From: Nostoc punctiforme PCC 73102
GTDB taxonomy: Bacteria; Cyanobacteriota; Cyanobacteriia; Cyanobacteriales; Nostocaceae
Length of the DNA stretch: 32,000 nt
Assembly: GCF_000020025.1 (NCBI RefSeq)
Contig: NC_010628.1
Coordinates: 4,200,001-4,232,000 of the forward strand
Direction of reading: 5' to 3'
The stretch's first letter is position 1. The number at the start of each line of letters is the position of its first letter. A program made the position numbers and the translations under genes. The notes beneath the pieces are model-generated. The model was not told the DNA's origin and searched no databases. It saw nothing but the letters and a program-made list of their open reading frames with translations. This document shows, in pieces, positions 18,744-27,151 of the stretch.

Positions 18744-20573
18744 ATGAATTGTCTCCGTAATCGGTTTGTTAAGATTGCTCTGACTACCGTGCTTTCTCTA
18801 GGATTGTACCTACTAGCAGCCAATTTTAGCCATCGTGGCAATCTTGTAGAAGCCAATTCTCAATCTCAATTAATTGCACAAGCAAATCGTCGTCCTTCTT
18901 GGCTGGCACCGTCTCCACCTAAGTTCCCTTATTTCCGGGATAGGAAAGTAGTGATTGCCAAGGCACAAAAAATTTCGGATGGTCTTGAAGCCCACATTAA
19001 AGCATGGTTTGCGGGTAAGGCTCCTCCGGGGATTCCAAATACATTGATTCCGAAGGGGGTGGATACCAAAGAATTCCGTAATTTTCGCTTAGTAAAACCT
19101 GAGGAGATTACACCTGAGCAACAATGGGCAGTCCGACCGGCTGAGAAAATTAATCTCAAAGCAACTCGTGGGTTTTTCCCAGACCCCAATGCAACCTACT
19201 TAGTATTACCTAATCTGCTTGCCCCCTTTGGCAGTAAGGTAATCGTTGAAGGAGAATTTCCTCATGCGCGGTTCTTTGACATTCAAGCCACACCTTCGTT
19301 TCATCCTGAAGCCTACCGATATCGGGGCTTTGGTGTTGGCGAAGTGCCGATTGTAGATGTTGATATCGATCCACTACCAGGAAATGTCAATCCATTCCGA
19401 GTAGATGCGAACCGTAATGCCACTAAGCGTAAATATCGAGTGACATTCGATATGGCAATCGGCAATCCTGTTGATTTGAATCCAGTGTTTCGTCCTCCTC
19501 ATTATCGCGCACCTGGCAACAATCGCATGGGTGGCTCAATCCTCTATCAAGGACCTTGGGGAGAGACTAAACCTTGGGGCCATGGACTGGGTGTATGGGA
19601 TATGGGTCAGATATGGATTCGCTATTATGCACCAGATAAAGCTAAGGGTTCCTTAGGGGGTGTAGCACTTCCCAAAGTCTATTATCAGTTCCCTGATGGT
19701 AGAAAATACTATATCCAAGCTGATTTTGAAGGTTGGGAGAATCGATCTAATCGGCGCATTGCTGCTAAGTGGACAGCTCCTGAAGATCCAACTAAACATA
19801 AAGGTGCAAAAACGGGATGGTTCAAGAAATTTGGTATTTTTCGAGCAATTGTTGAGGGAATGGCTTTGGAAGTTCCCTGGTTGAACCTAGACCAGGAGTA
19901 TGTACGCGATCTCGATCTTGGTGTCGCAGGTCGTGGAGAAGACATGCCACCACCTGGTAACTTTTCAGTGGCAGCAACGGAATGTAATTACATTAATTAT
20001 TTGTTACGGGGTATGTCTCTGGGACGGGATAAGGTTGCCGTATTAACTGGTAAATTGCCGACAACTCCACGTACACGCAATGGTGAAGCCGTGATGAAAA
20101 AAGCCCAGGCTCGTTACTGGTCAATCACTGCTACTGATACAGCATTGCCCGAACCTGATGGCTTTGTTGGTGCAGTCTTACATTCAGTCATGGATGATGA
20201 AATTATCACAGATGCTCAGCAGCGATATGCGATCGTTTTATCTCGAGCGGAAGACCGTCCGAAAAATGCAACGGCCAGCAATGGTGTCACCTGGGTCAAC
20301 TGGGGACCAACTACAAACGTCACCTGGACTCTGCGTTGGATGAGCGTTTATCCCAATTGGGACTTTGGTTTAACTCCAGACGATCGCAAGATAGGATGGG
20401 CTAGTGATTGGGCAAGCAAACGATATGACCCATCCATAATTGGACAAAACTCTCACAATGGTGTTTTAGGTGAATATTTACCTGAAATACACTATATGAC
20501 TAAAGCCCGTTTTGAAAAGTTGGGAAATTCCCTCAAACCAGATAAAATTCCCATCTGGGAGGATAACGACTAG
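18744..20573 (+). CDS. 609-aa predicted secreted or membrane-anchored protein of unknown function
   Basis: Long ORF with an N-terminal hydrophobic segment (IALTTVLSLGLYLLAANF). I am not confident of any recognisable domain; ARYWSITATD is faintly reminiscent of DUF1214/DUF1254-type proteins. Confidence 0.7.
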   Translation: MNCLRNRFVKIALTTVLSLGLYLLAANFSHRGNLVEANSQSQLIAQANRRPSWLAPSPPKFPYFRDRKVVIAKAQKISDGLEAHIKAWFAGKAPPGIPNTLIPKGVDTKEFRNFRLVKPEEITPEQQWAVRPAEKINLKATRGFFPDPNATYLVLPNLLAPFGSKVIVEGEFPHARFFDIQATPSFHPEAYRYRGFGVGEVPIVDVDIDPLPGNVNPFRVDANRNATKRKYRVTFDMAIGNPVDLNPVFRPPHYRAPGNNRMGGSILYQGPWGETKPWGHGLGVWDMGQIWIRYYAPDKAKGSLGGVALPKVYYQFPDGRKYYIQADFEGWENRSNRRIAAKWTAPEDPTKHKGAKTGWFKKFGIFRAIVEGMALEVPWLNLDQEYVRDLDLGVAGRGEDMPPPGNFSVAATECNYINYLLRGMSLGRDKVAVLTGKLPTTPRTRNGEAVMKKAQARYWSITATDTALPEPDGFVGAVLHSVMDDEIITDAQQRYAIVLSRAEDRPKNATASNGVTWVNWGPTTNVTWTLRWMSVYPNWDFGLTPDDRKIGWASDWASKRYDPSIIGQNSHNGVLGEYLPEIHYMTKARFEKLGNSLKPDKIPIWEDND

Positions 20574-20650
20574 CAATCAATCACATAAGTGTACTTAAAC
20601 AATACTCGGGAATACTCCGGACAATTTTTAGTTGAGGGAATCGACAAGAA

Positions 20651-20710
20651 AGCTATCGAACCATTAAGGTGCTGATTAGAACAAACAAGCACCTTAATGG
20701 TTCGATAGCT
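20651..20710. repeat. Perfect 23-bp-arm inverted repeat (hairpin) downstream of the 609-aa gene
   Basis: AGCTATCGAACCATTAAGGTGCT (20651-20673), a 14-nt loop, then AGCACCTTAATGGTTCGATAGCT (20688-20710). There is no trailing T-run. Confidence 0.7.
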
Positions 20711-20750
20711 ATATGGCAATACGGTTTAGTTAAGGCTGAAAGTTCTGTAA

Positions 20751-20912
20751 ATTAAGCATTGTCCCAAGAATGAAAATGAGCTTGTGGTGCATCTCAAAGA
20801 TTTCTCATTGGTGTCTCCAGATATACAAAGTAGTGACGTACTGAAAGCAATCGAGACAGCGATTCCACCTTTTGCCATCGAACAGGCGATCGCTTATACC
20901 AAAACCGAAGAG
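20751..20912 (+). pseudogene. N-terminal fragment of an IS4-family transposase gene (no start codon; ends at the recombinase element)
   Basis: The open frame reads ...NENELVVHLKDFSLVSPDIQSSDVLKAIETAIPPFAIEQAIAYTKTEE, which resembles the IS4 transposase N-terminal domain from memory. The frame stops exactly at the left inverted repeat at 20913, and no continuation is visible beyond 21734. Confidence 0.4.
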
Positions 20913-20951
20913 GGGGTTTTTTGTATAAACCCTCGAAAAGGGGGATTATGA
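20913..20951. repeat. Left 39-bp terminal inverted repeat of the recombinase element
   Basis: See the element entry. It overlaps the recombinase stop codon. Confidence 0.8.
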
Positions 20952-21515
20952 GTTTTCTGAAAGGGAAGAGGTAGAATTTCCAAGGTAACGATAGACACTC
21001 GCCTTGGAAAGATCGAAGTCTTTCATCAAGATTTTAATAAGCACGCCTTGCTTCCGTTGAAGCCGAAGTTCCACGATCTGCTCTTGAGACAAACGTTTAC
21101 TCCTGCCAAATCGAACACCTAACTCCTTTGCCTTATTAATGCCATCTAGCTGACGCTCAGAACGGAGTTCAGTCTCAAATTCAGCGATCGCTGCCAGCAT
21201 GTTAAAAAGTAGCCGTCCGGTAGCATCCGACGTGTCGATATTTTGGTCGAGCACCTGCAAGGCAACATGTTTACGCTGGAGTGCATCAGCGATCGTGCAA
21301 AGGTGAAGAGTCGAACGAGCTAACCGATCTAAGCGTGACACAATCAATGTATCGCCATCTCTAACATATTCCAGACAAGCCGCAAGCTGGGAACGTTGCT
21401 GGTTAGTGCCGCTTTGTGTTTCCTGATAAATCTTGTCGCAATGTTTGAGTTTATGTAACTGAATATCCAAACTCTGTCCCGACGAGCTTACTCTTGCGTA
21501 CCCAACCCTCGCCAT
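20946..21515 (-). CDS. Small serine recombinase (resolvase/invertase family, 189 aa)
   Basis: MARVGYARVSSSGQSLDIQ carries the catalytic-Ser motif, followed by DTLIVSRLDRLARS, AEFETELRSERQ and a C-terminal HTH (SKASVYRYL). Size and layout match Hin/Gin/Tn3-type resolvases. Confidence 0.9.
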   Translation of the reverse strand: MARVGYARVSSSGQSLDIQLHKLKHCDKIYQETQSGTNQQRSQLAACLEYVRDGDTLIVSRLDRLARSTLHLCTIADALQRKHVALQVLDQNIDTSDATGRLLFNMLAAIAEFETELRSERQLDGINKAKELGVRFGRSKRLSQEQIVELRLQRKQGVLIKILMKDFDLSKASVYRYLGNSTSSLSENS

Positions 21516-21607
21516 ACAAACGCCTTTTGATGTAGTTACGTCTCATTATGCCTTGGACTTTAAGATAATTGTATTTTGAGACATGGAAAGAGACATAATT
21601 AAATAAC

Positions 21608-21635
21608 GTCTCAGATTGTACACTTTCTGAGACGG
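21608..21635. promoter_or_regulatory. res/crossover-like 28-bp dyad upstream of the recombinase gene
   Basis: CGTCTCAGA-ttgtacactt-TCTGAGACG has perfect 9-bp arms. Extra GTCTCA/TGAGAC/AGAGAC half-sites lie at 21541-21546, 21578-21583 and 21591-21596, like the accessory subsites of a res region. Confidence 0.5.
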
Positions 21636-21695
21636 GGTTTAGCCAAGAATCTTATCTGGCAAGAGTTATAGGGTGATAGCGTCAAAACTCACTTT

Positions 21696-21734
21696 TCATA
21701 ATCCCCCTTTTCGAGGGTTTATCCCAAAAACCCC
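21696..21734. repeat. Right 39-bp terminal inverted repeat of the recombinase element
   Basis: TCATAATCCCCCTTTTCGAGGGTTTATCCCAAAAACCCC is the reverse complement of the left IR with 2 mismatches. Confidence 0.8.
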
Positions 21735-22067
21735 TAATACTATTCGTGCGATGTTTGGTGCTGTTCGGTTAACCATTGCAGTGCTATCACAAATAAAAGT
21801 GACGTTGAAAACTTAGTTTTGGGTAATAAGGACAGCAATTAGCGTATTTAGCCCAACATTTAATCAAAATTTATTTAGCCTTTAATCTTCAGAATTTACA
21901 AAGATTATTAGTAGCTTGATATGTAAATAATATAATAATATACGTAAATTTATTTGCATTATTGGTATCAAAAAATACTAATAAGTAGCCTTTAGAAGTG
22001 CTTGACAAATTATGCATCAAGTGCTGGGCATTTTTGGATTTATAAAAAACCAACAAATTCAACGTTT

Positions 22068-22793
22068 ATGTCCGACTGCCAAGCAAAACCTGAAACCAAC
22101 TACTTAAGTACGTCTAGTGGTAAGTATTTGACAGCGTTTCAGAGGAAACTGCTACTACAAAATTTGCAAAAAAGTCTAGTTGAATCCTACCGCCAACGAA
22201 TTGAAATCATGTTGTTGGCAGATGAGGGGAAAACTCAAAGGTCGATTTGTCAAACTTTGGGATGTTGTGCAGCAACAGCACGACATTGGACACACATAGC
22301 CCGGAGTGGCATGGCGCACCAATGGCAAGATTGCCCCATTGGTCGCCCGAAGGCAGTAAATGACCAGTATTTAGAACGTTTGAAAGAACTGGTTAATAGT
22401 AGTCCTCGCGCTCATGGCTATGCTTTTCGTCGGTGGACAGCAAACTGGCTAGGGAAACATCTAGCAAAAGAATTTGGGATTGAGGTGAGCGATCGCCATA
22501 TCAAGCGACTGCTCAAACAGATGGGATTATCCACACTACCAAAACCCAGTAATGTTGAACAAAACAGCACTGAACAAGTTCAGGGTTCCAAAATTTTGAT
22601 TTGTGACCTCCAATCGGCAGGTATTCCAGATGATTCCGAATTTTTACCTATTAATTTTGCCAAATTAGGAAAACATTTAGACATTCATGGCGCAAAATAT
22701 ATCTGCTCAGTTGCTTACTCTGCAACAGTTCAACAATACTCTGGGTCTTTCTCTTTCTACAGAGGAATTTCAACACTGTCTTCAACAAGTTAA
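22068..22793 (+). CDS. Helix-turn-helix protein resembling the N-terminal DNA-binding half of IS630-type transposases (no DDE domain); possible regulator
   Basis: RIEIMLLADEGKTQRSICQTLGCCAATARHWTHIA is the HTH. GRPKAVNDQYLERLKELVNSSPRAHGYAFRRWTANWLGKHLAKEFGIEVSDRHIKRLLKQMGLS is the winged-helix part. I prefer the ATG at 22068 over the TTG at 22002. The 3' 107 nt overlap the transporter ORF. Confidence 0.6.
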   Translation: MSDCQAKPETNYLSTSSGKYLTAFQRKLLLQNLQKSLVESYRQRIEIMLLADEGKTQRSICQTLGCCAATARHWTHIARSGMAHQWQDCPIGRPKAVNDQYLERLKELVNSSPRAHGYAFRRWTANWLGKHLAKEFGIEVSDRHIKRLLKQMGLSTLPKPSNVEQNSTEQVQGSKILICDLQSAGIPDDSEFLPINFAKLGKHLDIHGAKYICSVAYSATVQQYSGSFSFYRGISTLSSTS

Positions 22794-25416
22794 ATTTATC
22801 AACCCAAAAGTCGGCAAGTTTTGGCAAGGAACTGATGCTCAACCAGGAATCTATATTGCGATCGCTGGCAAAGTCAGGTTGCTTGATAGCACCGATGAGT
22901 TAATCGCTACTTTGGAATTGGGAGACTCATTTGGGGAATTTACCTTGTTTAAGGAGGGTGACTTTAGACCTTATGCAGCAAGAGCTTCAGTCAACTTGCA
23001 ACTGTGTTTTATTCCGAGTGAAGTGTTGTGGCCATTGATGGCTAAATATCCTCAAATTCGAGAGCATTTATGGGCTAAGGCGCTGTCCCGTAATCCGCAA
23101 CAGTTAGACTCAGATAACCCCCCAGTACTGCCAACTGACTCAAAAAGGCTGCATGAAACAAGGATTTTGTCAACACCAGCAGTAGAGCCAAGCGCGAAAA
23201 AGATTAGCAAAGCCTATTTTCCCAACTCCACGCAGCGAGTGGGGCATTTATTACAACGTGTGATTCGGCGCTACCCATTTTTTGCCCAACAGAGTGGATC
23301 GGATTGTGGTGCAGCTTGTTTAGTGATGGTGTCTCGGTATTGGGGGAAAAACTTTAGTGTAAATCGCTTGCGGGATATCGCCAATGTTGACCGTAATGGC
23401 TCATCGTTGCGGGGGTTATCGGCGGCGGCAGAAAGTATTGGGTTTGCTACGCGACCAGTGAAAGCGAGTCTTGACCAATTGGCCAAGCAAAAATTGCCTG
23501 CGATCGCCCACTGGGAAGGCAAGCATTACATTGTAGTCTACGAAATTACCCCTAAACAGGTAATTGTGGCAGATCCTGGTATTGGTCAACGCACCCTCAG
23601 CCACCAAGAATTTAAAGCCAACTGGACTGGCTATACACTGCTACTGCAACCCACAGCCTGGTTGAAGGATGCCAAAGAAACTATAACTCCCTTTTGGCAA
23701 TTCTTTGAATTGATGAAGCCTCACGCTTTAGTGATGCTAGAAGTGTTTATCGCTTCCTTATTTATCCAGATTTTTGGACTTGTTACTCCTTTATTTACCC
23801 AGCTAATTTTAGACCGTGTAGTAGTACAGCGTTCTGAACTAACCTTAACGGCGGTGGGATTAGGCTTACTGATTTTTAGTTTATTCCGTGTGGCGATGAC
23901 AGGATTGCGGCAATACCTGTTAGACCACACAGCGAATAAGGTAGATTTAGCCCTGATTGTCGGATTTATTCGCCATACCCTGCGGCTACCTTTGAGTTAC
24001 TTTGAGTCCCGTTATGTGGGGGATATTATCTCTCGCGTACAGGAAAACCGCAAAATTCAACGCTTCCTCTCAGGTGAGGCATTATCGATCCTGCTAGATT
24101 TAGTCACTGTTTTTATTTATTTAGGATTGATGTTTTGGTACAGTTGGAAAATGGCGTTATTAGTATTAGTAATTATACCGCCTTTTTTCCTTTTGGCATT
24201 GATTGCCACACCTTTTTTACAAAAGATTTCTAGGGAAATCTTTAATGCTGTTGCCAAAGAAAGTAGCTATCTAATTGAAACTCTTTCTGGTATACGAACG
24301 GTTAAATCCACAGCAGTAGAACAAACGGTGCGGTGGCATTGGGAAGAGTTATTAAGTAAGGAAGTAAAAACTAACTTTTCCGGGCAAATTATCAGCAATC
24401 GGTTGCAAATATTCAGCAACACAATTGAAGCAGTGCTAACTACCGTCTTACTGTGGTTTGGGGCGTACCAAGTTATTCATAACGAGTTAACCATTGGGCA
24501 ATTGGTGGCATTTAATATGCTGCTAGGAAATATTATTACACCCTTCCAACGATTAACAGTTTTGTGGAATCAATTACAAGAAGTGGTGATTGCAGTAGAA
24601 CGCATTAATGATGTCTTGGATGCGGAACCAGAAGAGGATTTGCAGCATCAGGTACGACAATCTTTACCATCAATTCAAGGTAATATTCGCTTTGATAACG
24701 TGACATTTCGCTATCACCCCGAAAGCGATGTTAATGTTTTGGAAAATCTCAGTTTTGAAGTCCAAAGCGGGCAAATGGTTGCTCTGGTCGGACGGAGTGG
24801 TTCGGGGAAAACCACAATTTCTAAGCTGGTTTTGGGGTTATATCCTCCCACAGATGGCAAAGTGTTGATTGATGGACAGGATATTACCAGTCTTTCGTTG
24901 CGTTCTCTACGCGAACAGGTTGGGGTAGTTGACCAAGATACCTTTTTGTTTGGTGGAACGATTCGGGAAAATATTAGCTTGGCACATCCTGGGGCAACTT
25001 TGGTAGAGATTATTGAAGCGGCGCGATTGGCGGGTGCCGATCAGTTTATTAAAAACTTACCTATGGGTTATGAAACCCAGATTGGGGAAGGAGGGGGGAT
25101 GTTATCTGGAGGACAGCGACAAAGAATTGCGATCGCAAAAGCATTGTTAGGCAATCCCAAGCTGTTGATTTTGGATGAGGCCACTTCCCATCTAGATGCA
25201 GAGTCAGAAAGGATTATCCAGACGAATTTAAACACAATTCTTCAAGACAGAACCACCTTAGTCATCGCCCATCGCCTTTCAACTGTGCGGAATGCAGATT
25301 TGATTTTAGTGTTAGATCGCGGCGTGTTGATTGAAAGTGGGACTCACAAAGAGTTGATGGCGAAGCGAGGACATTATTTTTATCTCAATCATCAGCAGAT
25401 GGATGTTGCCGGGTGA
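22687..25416 (+). CDS. Cyclic-nucleotide-binding-domain / C39 peptidase / ABC transporter fusion (double-glycine-leader peptide processing exporter)
   Basis: cNMP-like segment GDSFGEFTLFKEGDFRPYAARA. C39 catalytic set: Q-x4-DC (QQSGSDCGAACLVMVSRYWG), H (EGKHYIVVYE) and D (VADPG). Six-TM ABC_membrane domain. Walker A GRSGSGKTT, signature LSGGQRQR, Walker B LLILDEATS and H-loop IAHRLS. Confidence 0.9.
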   Translation: MAQNISAQLLTLQQFNNTLGLSLSTEEFQHCLQQVKFINPKVGKFWQGTDAQPGIYIAIAGKVRLLDSTDELIATLELGDSFGEFTLFKEGDFRPYAARASVNLQLCFIPSEVLWPLMAKYPQIREHLWAKALSRNPQQLDSDNPPVLPTDSKRLHETRILSTPAVEPSAKKISKAYFPNSTQRVGHLLQRVIRRYPFFAQQSGSDCGAACLVMVSRYWGKNFSVNRLRDIANVDRNGSSLRGLSAAAESIGFATRPVKASLDQLAKQKLPAIAHWEGKHYIVVYEITPKQVIVADPGIGQRTLSHQEFKANWTGYTLLLQPTAWLKDAKETITPFWQFFELMKPHALVMLEVFIASLFIQIFGLVTPLFTQLILDRVVVQRSELTLTAVGLGLLIFSLFRVAMTGLRQYLLDHTANKVDLALIVGFIRHTLRLPLSYFESRYVGDIISRVQENRKIQRFLSGEALSILLDLVTVFIYLGLMFWYSWKMALLVLVIIPPFFLLALIATPFLQKISREIFNAVAKESSYLIETLSGIRTVKSTAVEQTVRWHWEELLSKEVKTNFSGQIISNRLQIFSNTIEAVLTTVLLWFGAYQVIHNELTIGQLVAFNMLLGNIITPFQRLTVLWNQLQEVVIAVERINDVLDAEPEEDLQHQVRQSLPSIQGNIRFDNVTFRYHPESDVNVLENLSFEVQSGQMVALVGRSGSGKTTISKLVLGLYPPTDGKVLIDGQDITSLSLRSLREQVGVVDQDTFLFGGTIRENISLAHPGATLVEIIEAARLAGADQFIKNLPMGYETQIGEGGGMLSGGQRQRIAIAKALLGNPKLLILDEATSHLDAESERIIQTNLNTILQDRTTLVIAHRLSTVRNADLILVLDRGVLIESGTHKELMAKRGHYFYLNHQQMDVAG

Positions 25417-25488
25417 AACAAAAGGACAAGGAGGAAGCTTTTCTTATCTCCCTATATCCAAAATTCCAAATTGATATTAGGAAAAATC

Positions 25489-27012
25489 ATGCCAAATACA
25501 TTGAATGGAAGGGTTCAAACCCAAATCTATGATGTAGAACAGCACGAAGAAATTTTAAGAGAGCAAATACCAGCTAGATCGACTGATGATTGGGCTGATG
25601 CAACCAAGGATTTACTTGATAGCTTGCCCCAGGTTTGGACAAGGGGATTGTTGTACTTTTTAATCGTGTTTGTGTCGATCATTTTACCTTGGGCAATGCT
25701 ATCTAAAGTGGATGAAACTGGTACAGCAAGAGGGCGGCTTGAGCCAAAGGGAAAGACGGTTAGACTCGATGCTGCTGTGGCAGGTACTGTTGCCGAAATT
25801 CGGATAAAAGAGGGCGATTCGGTTAAAGTTGGGCAGACTTTATTAGTGTTGGAATCGGAATTAGTTAAAGCAGAATTACGGCAAGTGCAAGATAAGTTAG
25901 AAGGACAATTAAATCGACTTTCTCAGTTAAATTCATCTAAAAGTCAGTTAGTTGTATCTTTGACAACTCAACAGCAACAAAACCAATCTCAAGAGTTAGA
26001 AAAGCAGTCTCAAATTGACCAAGCGCGAGAGAATATGAATGCTCTTAGGAATTCTTATGACTTACAAAAAGACGAAAAATTAGCTCAAGTTAATCAGGCA
26101 CGGCAAACTCTTGAACATAGTCAGACAGCTAATAAGTTAGTAAACAGTAGTTTGACGAGTACCGAGCGGGAAGTGGAACGCTATCGCAATCTTTGGCAAT
26201 CAGGCGTTGTGCCAGAAATTAATGTTGTTGAAAAACAAGATATAGCTAAAGACAAGCAACAGTTATACGAACAAAATAAATCAGATATTCAGCAAGCTAA
26301 ACTACGTTTGCTAGAACAACAGAGTAGTTATGAGCGGACTATTCGGCAAGCAAATGCAGATATTGAGCAGGCAGAATTGCGGCTGAAAGAACAGGAAAGG
26401 AGTTATCAGACCTTAACTCGTTCCAGCAAGCTAGCTGTGTTAAAAATCGACGAACAACAGAAGAGTTTAGAAACAGAAATTACTACGCTTCAGGCAGAAA
26501 TTGCTCAAACCAAGAGTCAGATTGTCTCCTTAAAGTTTCAGTTAGGACAACGAGAGTTAAGAGCCACAGTGAATGGTAGAGTGTTTCAGTTACCGATACA
26601 ACGGGCTGGGTCTGTAGTGCAGCCAGGAACAATGATTGCAGAAATTGCACCTCAAGGTTCGCCTTTAATAATTCGGGCGCAAATGGCGACAACTGAAAGT
26701 GGTTTTTTGCGAAAAGGGTTGCCAGTCAAATTAAAGTTTGACGCTTATCCCTTTCAGGATTATGGAATAGTAGAAGGCAATTTAGCAGAGATTTCCCCTA
26801 CTACCTTAGAAGTAGATACACCTAATGGCAAGGTAGCAGCTTATGACTTAGAAATTGCCTTAAAACAAAATTGTCTTCTCTCGGCGAATAAGTGTATTGC
26901 CTTGCATCCTGGGGATACTGCAACAGCTGAAGTTATTGTGCGTCAGCGTCGGATTATTGATTTTCTGCTCGATCCATTTAAGCAATTGCAGCAGGGTGGG
27001 GTGAAATTGTAA
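25489..27012 (+). CDS. HlyD-family type I secretion membrane fusion protein
   Basis: N-terminal TM (LLYFLIVFVSIILPWAML), a lipoyl-like motif (GTVAEIRIKEGDSVKVGQTLLVLES), a very long Q/E-rich coiled coil and a C-terminal beta domain. The ATG at 25489 is preceded by a GGAGGAAG-type RBS region; the track start at 25471 is a TTG. Confidence 0.85.
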   Translation: MPNTLNGRVQTQIYDVEQHEEILREQIPARSTDDWADATKDLLDSLPQVWTRGLLYFLIVFVSIILPWAMLSKVDETGTARGRLEPKGKTVRLDAAVAGTVAEIRIKEGDSVKVGQTLLVLESELVKAELRQVQDKLEGQLNRLSQLNSSKSQLVVSLTTQQQQNQSQELEKQSQIDQARENMNALRNSYDLQKDEKLAQVNQARQTLEHSQTANKLVNSSLTSTEREVERYRNLWQSGVVPEINVVEKQDIAKDKQQLYEQNKSDIQQAKLRLLEQQSSYERTIRQANADIEQAELRLKEQERSYQTLTRSSKLAVLKIDEQQKSLETEITTLQAEIAQTKSQIVSLKFQLGQRELRATVNGRVFQLPIQRAGSVVQPGTMIAEIAPQGSPLIIRAQMATTESGFLRKGLPVKLKFDAYPFQDYGIVEGNLAEISPTTLEVDTPNGKVAAYDLEIALKQNCLLSANKCIALHPGDTATAEVIVRQRRIIDFLLDPFKQLQQGGVKL

Positions 27013-27054
27013 AAAACCAACTTTCCCTACGTTCAAAAGATATGGAAATTAGAA

Positions 27055-27086
27055 ATGTAGAGACGTTATATGTAATATCTCTACAT
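27055..27086. repeat. Nostoc-type REP-like hairpin (degenerate GTAGAGACG...CGTCTCTAC family) after the HlyD gene
   Basis: ATGTAGAGA (27055-27063) pairs with TCTCTACAT (27078-27086). It may also act as the operon-internal terminator. Confidence 0.4.
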
Positions 27087-27151
27087 CCAGCTAAGAAGTC
27101 ATGCTCTCATATTTAATTTTAATTTTGCTAACCAAATTTAGGATAAATATC

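Larger units (their letters stand above)
20913..21734 (-). mobile_element. 822-bp element: serine recombinase gene plus res-like site, bounded by 39-bp terminal inverted repeats (a Tn3-family-derived resolvase-only cassette or an invertible segment)
   Basis: The left IR GGGGTTTTTTGTATAAACCCTCGAAAAGGGGGATTATGA (20913-20951) matches the reverse complement of 21696-21734 at 37 of 39 positions. The IRs begin with GGGG, as Tn3-family ends do. The only gene inside is the recombinase. Confidence 0.65.

Noticed and set aside
20908-21739. I looked for the 5-bp target-site duplication expected of a Tn3-family insertion around the recombinase element.
   Set aside because: The flanks are AAGAG and TAATA, with no duplication at any plausible boundary offset. 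Transposition-type insertion therefore remains unproven.
21735-21815. Possible continuation of the interrupted IS4 transposase frame to the right of the recombinase element.
   Set aside because: The translation (NTIRAMFGAVRLTIAVLSQIKVTLKT*) does not resemble the expected continuation of an IS4 N-terminal domain. The remnant appears simply truncated.
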